Shown here: piece after piece, positions 20,321-20,539 of the stretch
Numbering within the stretch: position 1 is the stretch's first letter
Layout: each line of letters starts with the position of its first letter
Assembly (NCBI RefSeq): GCF_006345805.1
Contig: NW_021823989.1
Coordinates: forward strand, 1 to 20,539
DNA length: 20,539 nucleotides
Direction of reading: 5' to 3'
From: Octopus sinensis
Taxonomy: Eukaryota
Position numbers and translations under genes: made by a program
Notes under the pieces: generated by a model
Seen by the model: only the letters and a program-made list of their open reading frames with translations
Databases searched by the model: none
What the model was told of the DNA's origin: nothing

Positions 20321-20539
20321 AGTTACAGACTAATTTGATTCGTGATTTTGGTGTACTCACGCTGTTGGTAGGTTTGTACGTATATGAATTTATTCCAGCA
20401 CTGCTCCTGTATGTATGCGTAGAATATATACATACACACGTATATGCACACATATGTATCTATGTCCTGTATGCATGTATGTAATTAAATATGTATGTAT
20501 GTATACATACGTACATACATGCATGCATCCGTACACACA

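Overview
This is AT-rich, repeat-dominated eukaryotic DNA. The SINE-like repeats and the extreme density of compound microsatellites look like an octopus (coleoid cephalopod) genome; this is inferred from pattern recognition, not from a search. No complete or recognisable host gene is present, and nearly all ORFs in the supplied track are microsatellite artefacts. Supported features: about ten tRNA-type (Pol III A/B-box) SINE copies from four families, a Tc1/mariner deletion derivative with a decayed transposase C-terminus plus an inverted partial second copy, a 175-bp hairpin MITE, a TTAA-bounded piggyBac-like element with a nested SINE, and many microsatellite blocks. Several unique, GC-richer islands (about 3.2, 5.7-6.0, 7.5, 9.8-10.1, 15.3-15.7 and 18.2-18.5 kb) could be exons or regulatory elements, but strand and product cannot be resolved. 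The most interesting signals are a minimal hammerhead-ribozyme-like motif (18097-18134, minus), a 9-bp-periodic ETS-site array in a promoter-like motif cluster (7512-7581), an island open on both strands (15317-15725), and two crossing inverted-repeat pairs in the first 1.9 kb. I see no evidence of a new multi-gene system.
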